Shown: in pieces, positions 34,820-46,789 of the stretch
How the letters are laid out: the number at the start of each line of letters is the position of its first letter
How positions within the stretch are numbered: position 1 is the stretch's first letter
Made by a program: the position numbers and the translations under genes
Notes under the pieces: model-generated
Told to the model about the DNA's origin: nothing
Database searches by the model: none
Seen by the model: only the letters and a program-made list of their open reading frames with translations
Source of the DNA: Nemertoderma westbladi
Lineage: Eukaryota; Animalia; Xenacoelomorpha
Reading direction: 5' to 3'
NCBI GenBank assembly: GCA_032718475.1
Contig: JAUCBJ010007107.1
Location: 1-64,000 of the forward strand
DNA: 64,000 bases

Positions 34820-37800
34820 ATGGAGAGGGATATTAGAGCGCAACCGCGCAGAGGATTTACTGCCAGAGAGGAGGCGGAGCTACCATTCGCGCGACCAGGA
34901 TGTAAAGACTCTAACGTTTACTACCATGGGCGGTCCGTGATGGAGCTGAACGGGAAGTATAAACCAAGTTATGATAAAGAATTACGGAGAGAAAGAATGA
35001 GAGCGTTGGGGGACCGGATGGAAGTCTTGCGGAGAGAGTATCGCACGCGGTATCCCTACGACTTTGCTTTGGACGTGTGCGACATTAGCGCAGATCCGGA
35101 CGAGGAAATCGCACGACTATACCATATGAATATGTATTTACGACACGAGGAGCCTCTACCTGCAGTCCGAGACCAGTTCGACGGAATGCACCTGTATCGG
35201 AAGACTCGAGGCGAGGATCAGGAGACGCCGAAAGTCTTCAGCGTATACAAGCTCTTCTACAAGTGTGGTGAATGCATGAATAAACAGGACGTGGCGATTC
35301 CCGACCGATTAGACGAGCAACATCCGGAACCGATATTAACGCGATGTCCAGCTCACCAATTCCTTAGATACAACGAGGGAGGTTACCCGATGAGCAACCC
35401 GATGATCAGTATCGACTTCAGCGGAAAGCGACCTCCGAGACCCATTACGCCGACCGTTACGACATTAGATCCGTATACGGAGATTAAACCCTGTTCGACA
35501 CCCAGTTTGATAGAGACGGCAGCAGCCATTTCGCTGTACCGAGCCTACAAGGATCTAGAGGCGCGGCGCGAAGCGGCGCGGGACTCGGGTACCAAACCCG
35601 TGGGTTTGGAGCTCTCGAGTCCCTGGACTGCGTTTACTTCACCTCACCGAGTGAGAAGCCTCACACCTGAGCATCAGGACGACATAGACGCGTTGCGGCA
35701 GGAGGAGCGAGCGGCGAAGGCGAAAGAGTTATTTGAGAACAGGATAGCGGAGTATAATAAGACCGCGGATAGACATCAAGAGGAGACGAGGAGAGTGACC
35801 GGATTTGTTCCACAGGTCGTATCTCAACCCGGACCGGTGTGTTATTCCGACGGCACCGAACCTGCGATATTAGTAGATCATCCGGAGTCGCGAGAAGCGA
35901 TACGATTCTTGCCGATGGTAAGAATGGCGGACCATTGGAATGTTGACTGTCTACGGGAAGTTTTATGCGCGAAGTTCTTGCGTGATGTCCCAATGCAGAT
36001 CACAGATTACGACACTTTGTACAAGATTGGAGCTCCGGGGAAGGAGAGTAAGTTATTCGGATGGTTGGATAAGTACATCAAGGTATGGGTCGCGGTGGCT
36101 ACATTCCCAGATGACGAGGAGGTAGACCAGACGTGGCTGAGGAGGAAGGGTTCTTATACCCGATATGATGACCACAAGGCTATTGAGCGCATGTGGACCC
36201 CATCAGATGAGATTCAGCGTCAGTGGAGGAAAACGGAGGAATCACTGCAGGATTGGAGAGTGATGTTCTACGACAATGAAGGAGGGTCCCATCAGGAATG
36301 CTTGACTAGCAAGTGTATTCAAATTCGTGCGGCCGATGGTGTGACTCATGTGTTTATGCGTGTGAGGGCGGATCGAGAGAGACCGGAGCCCATCATAACG
36401 ACACAATATCGGAAGGGGAAGGATCCTAGGGAACAGATTTTGGAGGTATGCAGGCGAGGAGGTATGCACGGAGCGGAGCGTATCGACGCCAGGATGTTAC
36501 CCAAGAAAGCTAGAGAGGCTATTCTCAACCAAGATTACGTCAAGGTGGGATCGGGAGTCCAGAGCGATTTGGAGAGCGACTTCAACGCCATGACTGATCT
36601 GGAAGATAGATTGCCGAGACCGTTTGTCGACACCAAGCTATTGTTGCTATGGGCACAGGATATTGGAATTTATAGGGAGTATCCCAACTCTGCCAAGACT
36701 GGTATGGGCTTTATAGCACACTTGTTGTATAATTGGGACTTTAAGTTAAAGACGCAGAAGAAGTACGAGGAGGCGTATGGTGAATACAACACGCCACCGG
36801 GAGCGGAGTTCAAATCCCACTTCAAGCGGCAAGCGTTAGTGTATTGGAACATTTGCGCGCCACCCCGTGCGTCGCTACAATATTATTTGGTGCTTGAGTC
36901 GAACACGGTGACTTGTTTATTAGCGGATATCGTTGCGCGAGTTTTGAAGCGTCATCCATTGGTATTCGGAGGAGATCAATACGTTCGCTCGAAAGGGGGA
37001 ATCCAATCCGACGTGATGAAGCGTTTCTTAACCCCGTTCTTCAACCAATCGTTAGAGAATACGTCGATGGTAAGGAGAGGATTAGCGATATTCGAAGGAG
37101 TATATCGACAGAACATCGGAGATTTGGGAGACCGACCGTCGATGGAATATCCGACGCCAGAAGCTTTGGAGAAGTGGTTCAGGAATCAAACCCGCGGGTT
37201 TGGTACTCCCTTCCACTCGGAGGCTGATAGACCTGTTAAGGAGGGCTGGCCGGAAACGTTAGTAGAGGTGTTCGGAGTAGATCTTCCGGTGGAGAAGACA
37301 TATCCGAAACGAACGCGGGAGGAAATATTGGAGATAGAGGACAAGGGCGAGGATGTTTACTTTGTTCCGGATCGACAACCGTTGACCGGAGAGGACGACA
37401 TCGTATTAGACATTGGGAAGGAAGGAAGTGCGAAACCGATTGGAGACCTCATATACGAGAGGGCCTGGTTTCCACAAGCGCGTAGGTGCAAATTGTGCGG
37501 CAGCACAAGGCACAATCTAAAGTCGTGCGACGCGGTAGTAGAGGCGGCGCATAAGGTCTGTCGTTGGTGTAATGAGACCGACCATTCGTTTCACACGTGC
37601 ACCGTCTTCATTTCTCAATGTGGATATTGTGGAGTAAAGGGACATCGTAGCGCGAGATGTCAGCTGCGAGATGATTCCTTTCAAAACCATAGCGCTAACC
37701 TACTTCGGGAGATGTTAGATAAGTGGGAGAGTGTGGCGGATTACCATATTCAAGCGCAGATGCGTTGGTTACCATTTAAAGCGGGATATGGGTTTTGGGC

Positions 37801-38527
37801 GGTAGACCCATCGCATGTTGCGTACGAGCCATATCTACAATCGCTACCACAATATCAGGAGCTCATCCTAACTGCTCAAGACCTTCCACAGAACACTGGA
37901 GTTATCGTAGTCCGAGAATACTTCAGACAATTGAACATGGACAATAAGTACACATGGAACTTCGTTGCTATTTGCGATCGCATCACGAAGGGTGTATTTA
38001 CGGAGACTAGAAAAGTGGTACGCGCGCGAGGTGATTGGAGGATGGCGGCTATACAATACCGCAACGAATTCTTGTTGACTCATGTGCCAGTGGGTTCATT
38101 GACCGCCGAGAGGATACAGGAACAAAGGATCGCAGCGACCACAGCGACGACCGCTGGAGCTCAAGGCTCGCGGAAAGAACGAGGAGGAGGGGTCCAAGAC
38201 AAGCGTCAAGTCAAGGACGACCACTACCACTCCATTATAGAAGCTCAACGGTTGCAGCGCAAGGCGCAGGGGGCGTCTGAGAAAGCGCGTGTGCAACTGC
38301 AGAAGGAAGAGTTGGCGGAAGCGACCACGGGAGCGCGACAATTGGGACGAGGCCGAGGGAGAAGTTCAAGCCGAGAATCTGTCGGGGCTCAGGGAACGTC
38401 GTCGCCGGTTCCGGGGAGTGACGCCTCACGGACGCCGTCAACGGAGTCGACTAGAGGTAGATTAGTGTATCTGGGAAGGGGACGAAAGAGAGGAGCGAGC
38501 CCAAAGAACCCAGGAGCGGGTCGATAA
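34820..38527 (+). CDS. Accessory ORF2 of element 1 (1235 aa from first ATG); three CCHC zinc knuckles, basic RG-rich tail; function unknown
   Basis: Uninterrupted 3.7-kb ORF between pol and the 3' LTR; CKLCGSTRHNLKSC, CRWCNETDHSFHTC, CGYCGVKGHRSARC; no signal peptide or TM segment evident. Confidence 0.88.
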   Translation: MERDIRAQPRRGFTAREEAELPFARPGCKDSNVYYHGRSVMELNGKYKPSYDKELRRERMRALGDRMEVLRREYRTRYPYDFALDVCDISADPDEEIARLYHMNMYLRHEEPLPAVRDQFDGMHLYRKTRGEDQETPKVFSVYKLFYKCGECMNKQDVAIPDRLDEQHPEPILTRCPAHQFLRYNEGGYPMSNPMISIDFSGKRPPRPITPTVTTLDPYTEIKPCSTPSLIETAAAISLYRAYKDLEARREAARDSGTKPVGLELSSPWTAFTSPHRVRSLTPEHQDDIDALRQEERAAKAKELFENRIAEYNKTADRHQEETRRVTGFVPQVVSQPGPVCYSDGTEPAILVDHPESREAIRFLPMVRMADHWNVDCLREVLCAKFLRDVPMQITDYDTLYKIGAPGKESKLFGWLDKYIKVWVAVATFPDDEEVDQTWLRRKGSYTRYDDHKAIERMWTPSDEIQRQWRKTEESLQDWRVMFYDNEGGSHQECLTSKCIQIRAADGVTHVFMRVRADRERPEPIITTQYRKGKDPREQILEVCRRGGMHGAERIDARMLPKKAREAILNQDYVKVGSGVQSDLESDFNAMTDLEDRLPRPFVDTKLLLLWAQDIGIYREYPNSAKTGMGFIAHLLYNWDFKLKTQKKYEEAYGEYNTPPGAEFKSHFKRQALVYWNICAPPRASLQYYLVLESNTVTCLLADIVARVLKRHPLVFGGDQYVRSKGGIQSDVMKRFLTPFFNQSLENTSMVRRGLAIFEGVYRQNIGDLGDRPSMEYPTPEALEKWFRNQTRGFGTPFHSEADRPVKEGWPETLVEVFGVDLPVEKTYPKRTREEILEIEDKGEDVYFVPDRQPLTGEDDIVLDIGKEGSAKPIGDLIYERAWFPQARRCKLCGSTRHNLKSCDAVVEAAHKVCRWCNETDHSFHTCTVFISQCGYCGVKGHRSARCQLRDDSFQNHSANLLREMLDKWESVADYHIQAQMRWLPFKAGYGFWAVDPSHVAYEPYLQSLPQYQELILTAQDLPQNTGVIVVREYFRQLNMDNKYTWNFVAICDRITKGVFTETRKVVRARGDWRMAAIQYRNEFLLTHVPVGSLTAERIQEQRIAATTATTAGAQGSRKERGGGVQDKRQVKDDHYHSIIEAQRLQRKAQGASEKARVQLQKEELAEATTGARQLGRGRGRSSSRESVGAQGTSSPVPGSDASRTPSTESTRGRLVYLGRGRKRGASPKNPGAGR

Positions 38528-38833
38528 TACATTATGGCACAGGGCGACAGACTCTAGATATATACATCATCGTCGCTCTGATTAAGAATGAACGAGAAAC
38601 AATATTTTGTAAATTTAATTTGTATGTAATAATCGTTAAACAGTGAGAGAGATAATATTTTTGTAAATTTAATTTGTATGTAATTCATTATGCAATATCT
38701 ATGGCAATATTTGTAAATAGTAGAATTATTATGTTATTTAGATTGGTTGGAAGAAATTTATTTTGTTTTGTATACATCACCTTATACTCTTCTACAATTG
38801 GAGGGAAACATTGTATGATTTCCCTTGGAGCGG

Positions 38834-41036
38834 TGTTACGGTATATGGCGCTGTATCCACAGTATTAGTCCATTATGCAGTATGCAGTATTAGTCCATTA
38901 TGCAGTATGCAGTATTAGTCCATTATGCAGTATGCAGTATTAGTCCGTTATACTGTACGTAATATTAGTCCGTTGTGCAGTATAATTATTTAGATAAGGC
39001 GCAGTGTGGTGACATTTAGGTAAGGAAGTTAAAACGCCCATATATTTTGCATCCATTCATTTTGTATAGTATGTAGCCCTACCTACGTAATTTTGTATTA
39101 GGATATATGTAGATAGTTCCAGGGTAGCGAGTTTACTCGGACCCTGGATTTTGTGCTTGCTGATATTAGTTTGATAGGGCTAGCATATAGGGACGCTGTC
39201 CTGGCAATTCAGCAGCCAGAGACGTGATCCATTACCATATATGGTAATAATTTGAGGGCATAGGGCTACAATCCGGTCTCCTTATTGGATTAACTGCTTC
39301 CAGGTTGGTTTAATGCTAGCATGGACTGGAGAGCCAATGGGAGAGCGATTGAGTCACCTTATTGCATCACCCCATCCGGATCACCTATAAATTGGCGGTG
39401 TGCCGGTAGGGCCTTTTGTTGTTCATATGTTCATGCCTTATCACATGACACACCCCTGTTACAATTTACTTGCTGAGCTGTCTCTAATTTTGTATTAGGA
39501 TATCGTATTTCTGCAATTTGCTAATTTTGATTAATTTCTTGGAATGATTTGCTATTACGATTACTTTGCTTGTGTTTCTCAATAATTCCTTCGATTACTG
39601 CAAATTACAATCGAACTATGATTTCTACCTTTGATTGATGGTTCTATGTGATTCTTTTCTGCGCAATAATCCCAAGGGATTCCTGAGACTGTCAGACTTT
39701 GTGATTTGCATGCGCCGCTACGGTAGCTATTAGCATCATGGAGGGCTAAGGTGCCAGTGGGCGGTGGGCGCATCGGGGGGTTGAGCGACTAGGAGAGAGC
39801 GGAGGATTCAAGGCGGGCAACGCTGGCCAGGGTCACCGTTGCGGGCGGGTATCTTGCACTGCGGCACGCAGACCGATCGCCGGTACAGTATCTAGGGGGC
39901 TGATGATCCAGGTTTTGTCTCTATTTAGTATTAGGGGGGCAGGAATTGGGTTAGTTAGGAATCCTAGATGTACCCGGGAGAGGCCTGCGCGTATTATAAC
40001 GTTGAGTGTGGAGTACGAGTAGTGAATTGCACAATTGTAAACTGTGATTTCTAACGCTGATTGGTGTGTTATTGAAGTGTGCCTAAGATTACGAATGCTT
40101 AGATAGGCGCTCTTTTCCTTTGATTGATTTCTATTTCTTAGTTACAATAATTAGTTATTGATTAGGTCAAAGTAATACGGCAATTTAGGCTATTACTAGC
40201 GAAACCTGTTGCGTGATAAATTAGAATTACGTATTCTGGAACTCTTAGTAATTAGTACGCTGTTAAATATTTGTGACTGTAATTAATTAGTAAAAAAATT
40301 AAGAATTAGTACGCAGCATAGCGGAGAGTAGCTAAGGTAATAATTAGTGTACTGTAAACTATTCACGCTGAGCGGTTATTTGCATTAGCGGGCAATCAGC
40401 TAGAACGCACTATTCGGTACGCACGATACGCTAGTAATTTTGCTGGCCTAAAGCCAGTCGCGGGCAGTTTTAGACCCGGAGTGGTACTATCCACGTAGAA
40501 ACAGATACTGTACCATTTTGATATTTTAAATATTCTCGCATTCACACATTACGTTAGGGAACCTCCAGTATTCGCGATTAGAAAGACGTAGGTAATAGCG
40601 TGCTTTAATAGTGATAGAATTAGGCGTAAGAATACTCTGAGTGCAAGGCCTCTCGCACTCGTCTTAAGTAAGCTTAGGGAGCCGACTCGGGTTTACTGTT
40701 TTGGTTATTCCTGCGTGGCTCATAGATTCGAACAGTTAGCTCTCTATCGAGCAATCGGTAGAGAAAGGAACAAGCGATTTTGCAGGAGTTGTGTAAATTT
40801 AGTAAAATATATTAGCGGACGGCAGATTAGCGCCATCTAACGGTAAGTAGCAGTTTGTATTTAGCAACCCTTACAATTTAGTAATATCACGCTCCTGAGC
40901 CCCTTTACTTAACAGTAGAGCAGTCTTTGTGTCTTATTGGTTAGACGAGAACTTATTAGGTTGGCAGAAGGATATTAACGGGTATTGGTCTGTTCAACAG
41001 TTCTGCTGTTAGTATAGAGGTCGCGGTTGTTTATCA
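38834..41036 (+). repeat. 3' LTR of element 1
   Basis: Matches 21951-24153; preceded by ttggagcgg, followed by TSD ggtgg. Confidence 0.97.
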
Positions 41037-42740
41037 GGTGGAATGCAGGGTTACTCCACGGTTCGGATGGTTCATCCACCACGAAACGCGGACCAGTACG
41101 ATAAAAATCGTGGAGATCAGAAGCATCCCCATTCCTCTGTAGTCTGATTCAAAAGACAAAACAAACTGATATTGTACCTTTACCAATACTACCGGTATAG
41201 GTGGAGCTTTTCTAGCGTCGCGATCTTCGCGAATGTTCTAGAAGAAAATATGTTAGTTCTATAATGTTAGTTAAATAATTTTGTGTTCTCGAATATTTAT
41301 TACGTAACTAGAGAGCCGCTTAACAACATAAACTAATATTGGATATTGAGTTCCGTTTTGGAGTTCGCCTTGCAGACACTGAAGTTGCAATAACGTTTAA
41401 GTATTTTACTCAAATTACGTGCAAACAATTTCTACGTCGATGATCTTTAAACACATTTAATAAAATTTAAAAAATTCCAATAAATATATTTTATTTTGGT
41501 ACAATCCGGATTCAGGGCCCTCCACCTGTCCACTAAATTCTGCTTTGATGTGTGTTGTGTATGTGTAGGCCTATGTGTTACTCACACTGTTTATTTTTTT
41601 CTAATCGTTTATTGTTTTGGTTCCTTCTGGCTACCACTGTAACCTGCTCCTTTACTTTTCAATTTTTTTTGTGATTTTGTGTGATTTGGTATCATTTGGT
41701 GTAATTTCAACAAGACAAAAAAACTGGAGGGCCCCCAGTCCGGTTATTACCTTTATTTTACTTTTTCCGCCGGGAAAAAAGTAAAATCAATGCAATCTTA
41801 TGAGTAACTTTTTTCCCTATGGGAAAAAATGAAACTTTTTCACCCGATTTTGGTCTAAATTCGAGCGAAAAAGTTACAATTTAAGAATAAAAACTGTTTT
41901 TAACGAATTGTGTGCTTTTTAGAAATCAAATCGTATGTTAAATTATTATAATATAAATATCTTATTTGTTATAATTCATTCAAATTTAGGTTATAACTAA
42001 ATACAAACTACATAAAAATTTGAAGTTTTTTGAAGTTACAGTAGTTGAATACAATGTTTTTTTTAGTGTACACAATACACAGTCAACCCACTGTATGACG
42101 TTTCATTCACAGTATTAAAGTTATCATGTTGTGTTACATGATGTAAGGAGGGAGTCCTGCAGTCTCTTTAGTATAAGAATCAATACAAGTGAGGTTGTGT
42201 TGTTATAAAGTACTGTACATTCAATCAATTTTTACAAACTAGAGAATTGTGGCAATGTTAATTATTTCATAGAGTTATGTACTGTGGGGCGAGCCAAGAA
42301 AATAAGCGAGCTTAGCATAAGGGTACCCGTACCACTATCTCAATCGGTGTGTCTGTCATTCTTAGATCCGTGTTATTAAACGTTAATAATTCAGCCCCCT
42401 CTATGAAATATATTTATTGGGTGATAGTGTTAACCAATGAACCCAATATACTTTTTGGTGCAACGGGAAAATCCGTTCGGGGAAGAAAATTAATAAATAA
42501 AGAAACCGCAAGGTGGTGTCATGAAAATTAAGTCTCATCTCACTGCTTACTGTATACAAATAAAGTCAATCAACAAAGTAGTTAAATAATGGGTCGAGGG
42601 GGATGCTAAAATCACTACACAGACTCGACATAAGCTGAGGGTAAGGTAGAAAGCTGAACAGCCAATACAATTACAGGAGGCGTTTAGTTGCTAAGATGCA
42701 CTGTCAAGACAACGGAATAAATAATAACAGAAACAGCTGG

Positions 42741-43911
42741 TGTTCGCGCTTTTAGACCTTTTAGCAGCTAACCTGCCAATTTAAATGTACTTTTAATTAT
42801 AAATCGACTTTTGCCCTTACCAATTTGCTGAATAGTACTGAATTTACATCCGCCAAAGCCAGTCCGTGCGCGGCGTATGACCCACTATGTGGGAGACTGG
42901 AGTCGGGTCCAGAGAAAGTTTATTGCGGTCTAGGCTACTTTGTATTATTCGATTGATCACTACTATATAATTTCCGACAACTATATTTACTTTCGGGAAA
43001 TATTAACAGTTCCTTTAGGACGTGGCGCTTTAAGTATAAAAACAGAGTTATGACTTACACTAATCACAACTAGATGGCTATAGAATCTCGTAAATAGCGC
43101 ATTATTCAGGAGATGCTTTATTAACCTTCACACTACTTCACACGACTTCACACTACTTCACACTAAGTCACACTAATTTGCCGACCGTCACTGACTTTGA
43201 TCATATATAAGGAGGATTGCTACTGACACACGTAGGGATTATGAAATAGCATTTAATTCACACAAAAACCACTATAATTTGAGTCACAGTTGCTACCGGT
43301 AGACCCTTCTGCTTACCTCAGTAATTAAGAAAGTTTAGGGGTTTACGATTATTTATCGGTATTCTCCAAATATAACATCCATTAACCCTCCAGTTATCTT
43401 GCTGTCGTGAAGGGGTTAATATAAACAGCAATTAACAACAATATAAAACAGCATTAAAACAGTGCGGTGAACAGTCAGTATGTGTTCATGAAGTTCAGTA
43501 TGATAAGGTGCGGTTTGTATGTTCGATGCAATGTGCAGTAAGGTTTGATGAGTTAATAGATTTATGTTCTTATAACTCCAGCCATCAGATGTTCTTGGGC
43601 CAAAGTCTGAAACGTCTGTACTTAGTACTGTACTGAATCCAGAAAGGAATCGGATTCTCAGAAAAACTATAACTGCGCATGCGCCAATTTCCACAGGTAG
43701 GTCTCTATTGGCATAACTGGGAAGATTGCTCTGATTGGCTGAAATATGCCCAAACAAAGGAACCTCCACGTACACAAAGAATCAGCTGACAGATTTCATC
43801 ATCTTGGTTCTAATTTCTGACCGACGCATAGTTGAACAATTTTAGGCCTTTTTAGAGTATTCAGCGCATTGCGTAAAAATGACTTGTTATGTCCGCAAAA
43901 GCTTTTTTGCA
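42741..43911 (-). mobile_element. Diverged solo LTR related to the element 2 LTR
   Basis: tgttcgcgcttttagacc... is the reverse complement of the LTR end ggtcttaaaagcgcgaaca; ccgcaaaagcttttttgca is reverse-similar to the LTR start tgtaaaagcttttgcgg; internal matches (ctttcgggaaatatta.cagttcctttaggacgtggcgct); no matching TSD seen. Confidence 0.8.
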
Positions 43912-43913
43912 TC

Positions 43914-44062
43914 CAGTTACCAATTTCAATCTCCGGTTACCAATTTCAGTACTTGGTTACGAATTTCTGTTTCAGGTTACAAATTGTCACCCAGTTAGTG
44001 CACCCAATTACAAATCTCAGTCCACGGTTACTAATTTCAGTATTTGGTTACCGAATTTCCAG
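43914..44062 (+). repeat. Degenerate minisatellite (ggttaccaatttcag-like, about 20-bp period)
   Basis: Repeated gttacYaattt motifs. Confidence 0.65.
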
Positions 44063-44510
44063 AAAAGTATACTTCACCCGTATTTACGATTACGACCACA
44101 AGAGTCCACAAGATACCGAACCACTGCAACACAACTAAGCAGGTATCACTTGTTTCTAGTGTTTACTCTAATTGCATTTCCCTGTGTTTTCAAAATGTGT
44201 ATAAACTGGTAAAATATATAGCAGGAGGTATTAAATTGTGAAAGAGTTAAAATTGAAAATGTATTAATTTATGAAATTGCGTTCAATGTAAAGGACGGTA
44301 ATAACGAAATTGACAAAGGGAAATAAAAAGACAAAGTCACAATCACAATTTTAGTTGTATCCTATTATTGCTCTTTTATGCAGTTAATACGAGAGATATT
44401 TCTCGAAATATTTACTATTAAAAGTAAACTTTATAATAAAAAATTAATAAAATGGGAAATTTTCGGAAAAATGTAAAGAAAAAATGTCCTAATATTTCCT
44501 CATAGGAACT

Positions 44511-44785
44511 GATCTAGGGGTCTTAACCTCGAATGATAAGTTTATTTAACCGAGTATGTACGCATGTGATGGGATTAGTCCTACAATTGCGCTAATGAAA
44601 GATAAGTTATTTGGGTTAAGACCCCTAGAACAGTTCATATAACAAAATGTATAATAAATAACAAACACATCAAAAAACACAGCTCGCCAACAGCACATTT
44701 ACTAACATTTCCTGATGTTGTTGTACCAACATTTATAACTAAAATTGTCTGTCACTGACAGACAGACAGACAGACAGACGGACGA
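44511..44785. repeat. Dispersed repeat homologous to part of the 411-bp unit, with an inverted segment and (GACA)n microsatellite (Helentron/HINE-like)
   Basis: 44558-44699 matches gtacgcatgtgatgggattagtcctacaattgcgc...; 44511-44553 is the reverse complement of another unit segment; gacagacagac... at 44757-44784. Confidence 0.7.
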
Positions 44786-45589
44786 ACTGACAAGCAATAT
44801 ACATCTATGACCAATTATACTTAAACCCTAAAATACTTTTTTCAATTATACAATTTAAATAACATTGACGGCGGTAAAAATAAAAGTTAAATATCTTATT
44901 TTCGAACTACGAAAGCATAAATAAACTTTTTGTTTTTTCTTACGTGCAATATAAAGGATCTTGGGTAATATAATATGTTGGTATGAGTTGGCGTAATTAT
45001 CACATCAGCAAGGCCCGAGTTTCAAGCCAATGCAACTCAATCAACGATTCCCTAAGCCAATGATATGAATGATATGACTCAGCTACCTTTAGGGGAAGTG
45101 AGCGAAGATGATGATGATATGAGTTTCTACGGTAAACTGAACTGGACAGCAGAGCCGTTTATAGGGTTACTGACAGCCCAGGTGAAATGAATGGCTATAT
45201 TGGAAATGTTGAAGAGAATAATTGGCAAAGAGAGACGCGGCTAGATAGAGATAATGTATTGTATTGATTATTGTTACTATAATGAATACTTAAAAGCATT
45301 TAAATTTTTTTAAAGGCACATTATGATTATCCATGTATTTACCAAACTGGAATTCAAAGTTAATTTTACCGCCGTTTAGAGTAACATAGATAATTAAAGA
45401 TCCAAGTCAGTTCAGATGACCATTAATGAAATAACAGTTGTATGAAATAGTTTGCTCGTGAACGACACATAAAATATTAATCCACTCCCCTCAACAACAA
45501 AACTACTAATTTGTTAATTTGTTGGATCGGATCTTTCTTCCCCACACCTACCTACTCTAAACCTCAAGCTCTAGCTACCTAAAAGATTA

Positions 45590-46453
45590 TACAATGAGGG
45601 GAAGAATAATCCCGAGGAATTAGAGCGGATAGTGAAAGAGATCCGAGCACATGTTGCTCAAAAAAGAGCAAAGGGGACGTTGCTATACCGTATGTTTTTC
45701 ATCCCAACGGATGATGTTAGATCATGTAGAGGCTTCACATCCCGACGCTATCCACAAAAAGAAGCAGCCTGCAACGCGACGCACTAGACCAATCCGCATC
45801 GCCGCTCAACGTCAGCGCGAATTCATGGTGATCTACTCGAATTTCATCAATGCTACCGAAGAGGATGCCGACGTTGAGTGGCTGAATGAGGACGAGATTG
45901 ATATGTCCGGGGTCGATATCACTGCCACTGCCAGCAATGATTGTGATGACGGATTTCCCATCCTTGAGTATCAAGATGGAGGGCCATGGGAGGAATTGTA
46001 GAGTTGTGGAATTCTGGAATTGGTATTAATTACTATTAATTAAATAATAATAATAATAATATATTATTAATATAATAATAAACGGCGGGGTAGCTCAGTT
46101 TGTTGAGCGCCGGGCCTGCAATCTATTGGTTGTAGGTTCAGCCCCGCCAGGGTCCACTCAGCCTTTCATCCACTGGGGTCGATAAAATGAGTACCAGTTA
46201 AATAACTGGGAGCAAATCTTGGGATAGGAGTAACGCCCACCCCTACCCTCGGGTAGCAGCTATCGAAAGAGGAGCCTTCGGGCCGCCTCCGGCTTCGGCC
46301 GACTGTTTGCTTTGCTTTGATTAATATAATATATTATGTTAATAAAAAAAATCAATTAATAATATTATATTCAAGCTAGCGTTACGTTACAGGGGGGGGG
46401 GGGGGGGTCAAAAAATGGCAAAATTGGCGTTACGTAATATGTGAACAGCCCCC
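45590..46453 (+). mobile_element. Internally deleted DNA transposon remnant, possibly Zator-like (C-terminal transposase fragment and right terminus)
   Basis: ORF 45651-46001 has a degenerate C2H2-like motif followed by RPIRIAAQRQREFM; terminus gcgttacgtaatatgtgaacagcccc at about 46427-46452; family call is from recall and the left TIR was not found. Confidence 0.45.
46084..46320 (+). mobile_element. tRNA-derived SINE with conserved central domain and (tttgc)n tail
   Basis: A box tagctcagtttg, degenerate B box ggttcagccc, central ccactcagcctttcatcc...gtcgataaaatgagtacc, GC-rich 3' stem-loops, tttgctttgctttg tail; candidate TSD attaatataata (46066-46077 / 46320-46331). Confidence 0.8.
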
Positions 46454-46789
46454 AATAGGTGAAGCCAGGTATGGTTTTGGTTTATAGGAATATAGTCTAC
46501 GCAGCACTCATTCCTCATGAGCCCGAGTTATAGTGTGGCAATGTAGATGCAGTAGTTGCACCCGACCAGCCGGAAACTCGGAGCAATAGGCCTACTGCTT
46601 GTACAATGCGTGTCAATTTCAACACCGCCGGGCACTGGGTGATGGCAGAGTGAGATTAAAAAACCGGATTATTTCATCCTCGGTTACGGTTAGTCCAGTT
46701 TGCCCGTAGCGGCAGCGATACCGAAAGTCGAGGTCAACAGACAGAGGCGGCCTTGGTGGTGAGTTGTTTGATTTCAATTCCAACACTTT

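Larger units (their letters stand above)
21951..41036 (+). mobile_element. Full-length BEL/Pao LTR retrotransposon, 19,086 bp (element 1)
   Basis: TG...CA LTRs 21951-24153 and 38834-41036; 5-bp TSD ggtgg (21946-21950, 41037-41041) confirmed by the empty site in the paralogous repeat at about 62852-62866; intact gag-pol. Confidence 0.97.

Noticed and set aside
34820-38527. env gene call for ORF2
   Set aside because: No signal peptide, no TM anchor and no fusion-protein features; contains nucleic-acid-binding knuckles
46084-46155. Functional tRNA gene
   Set aside because: Degenerate B box and anticodon stem; continues into SINE body and tail
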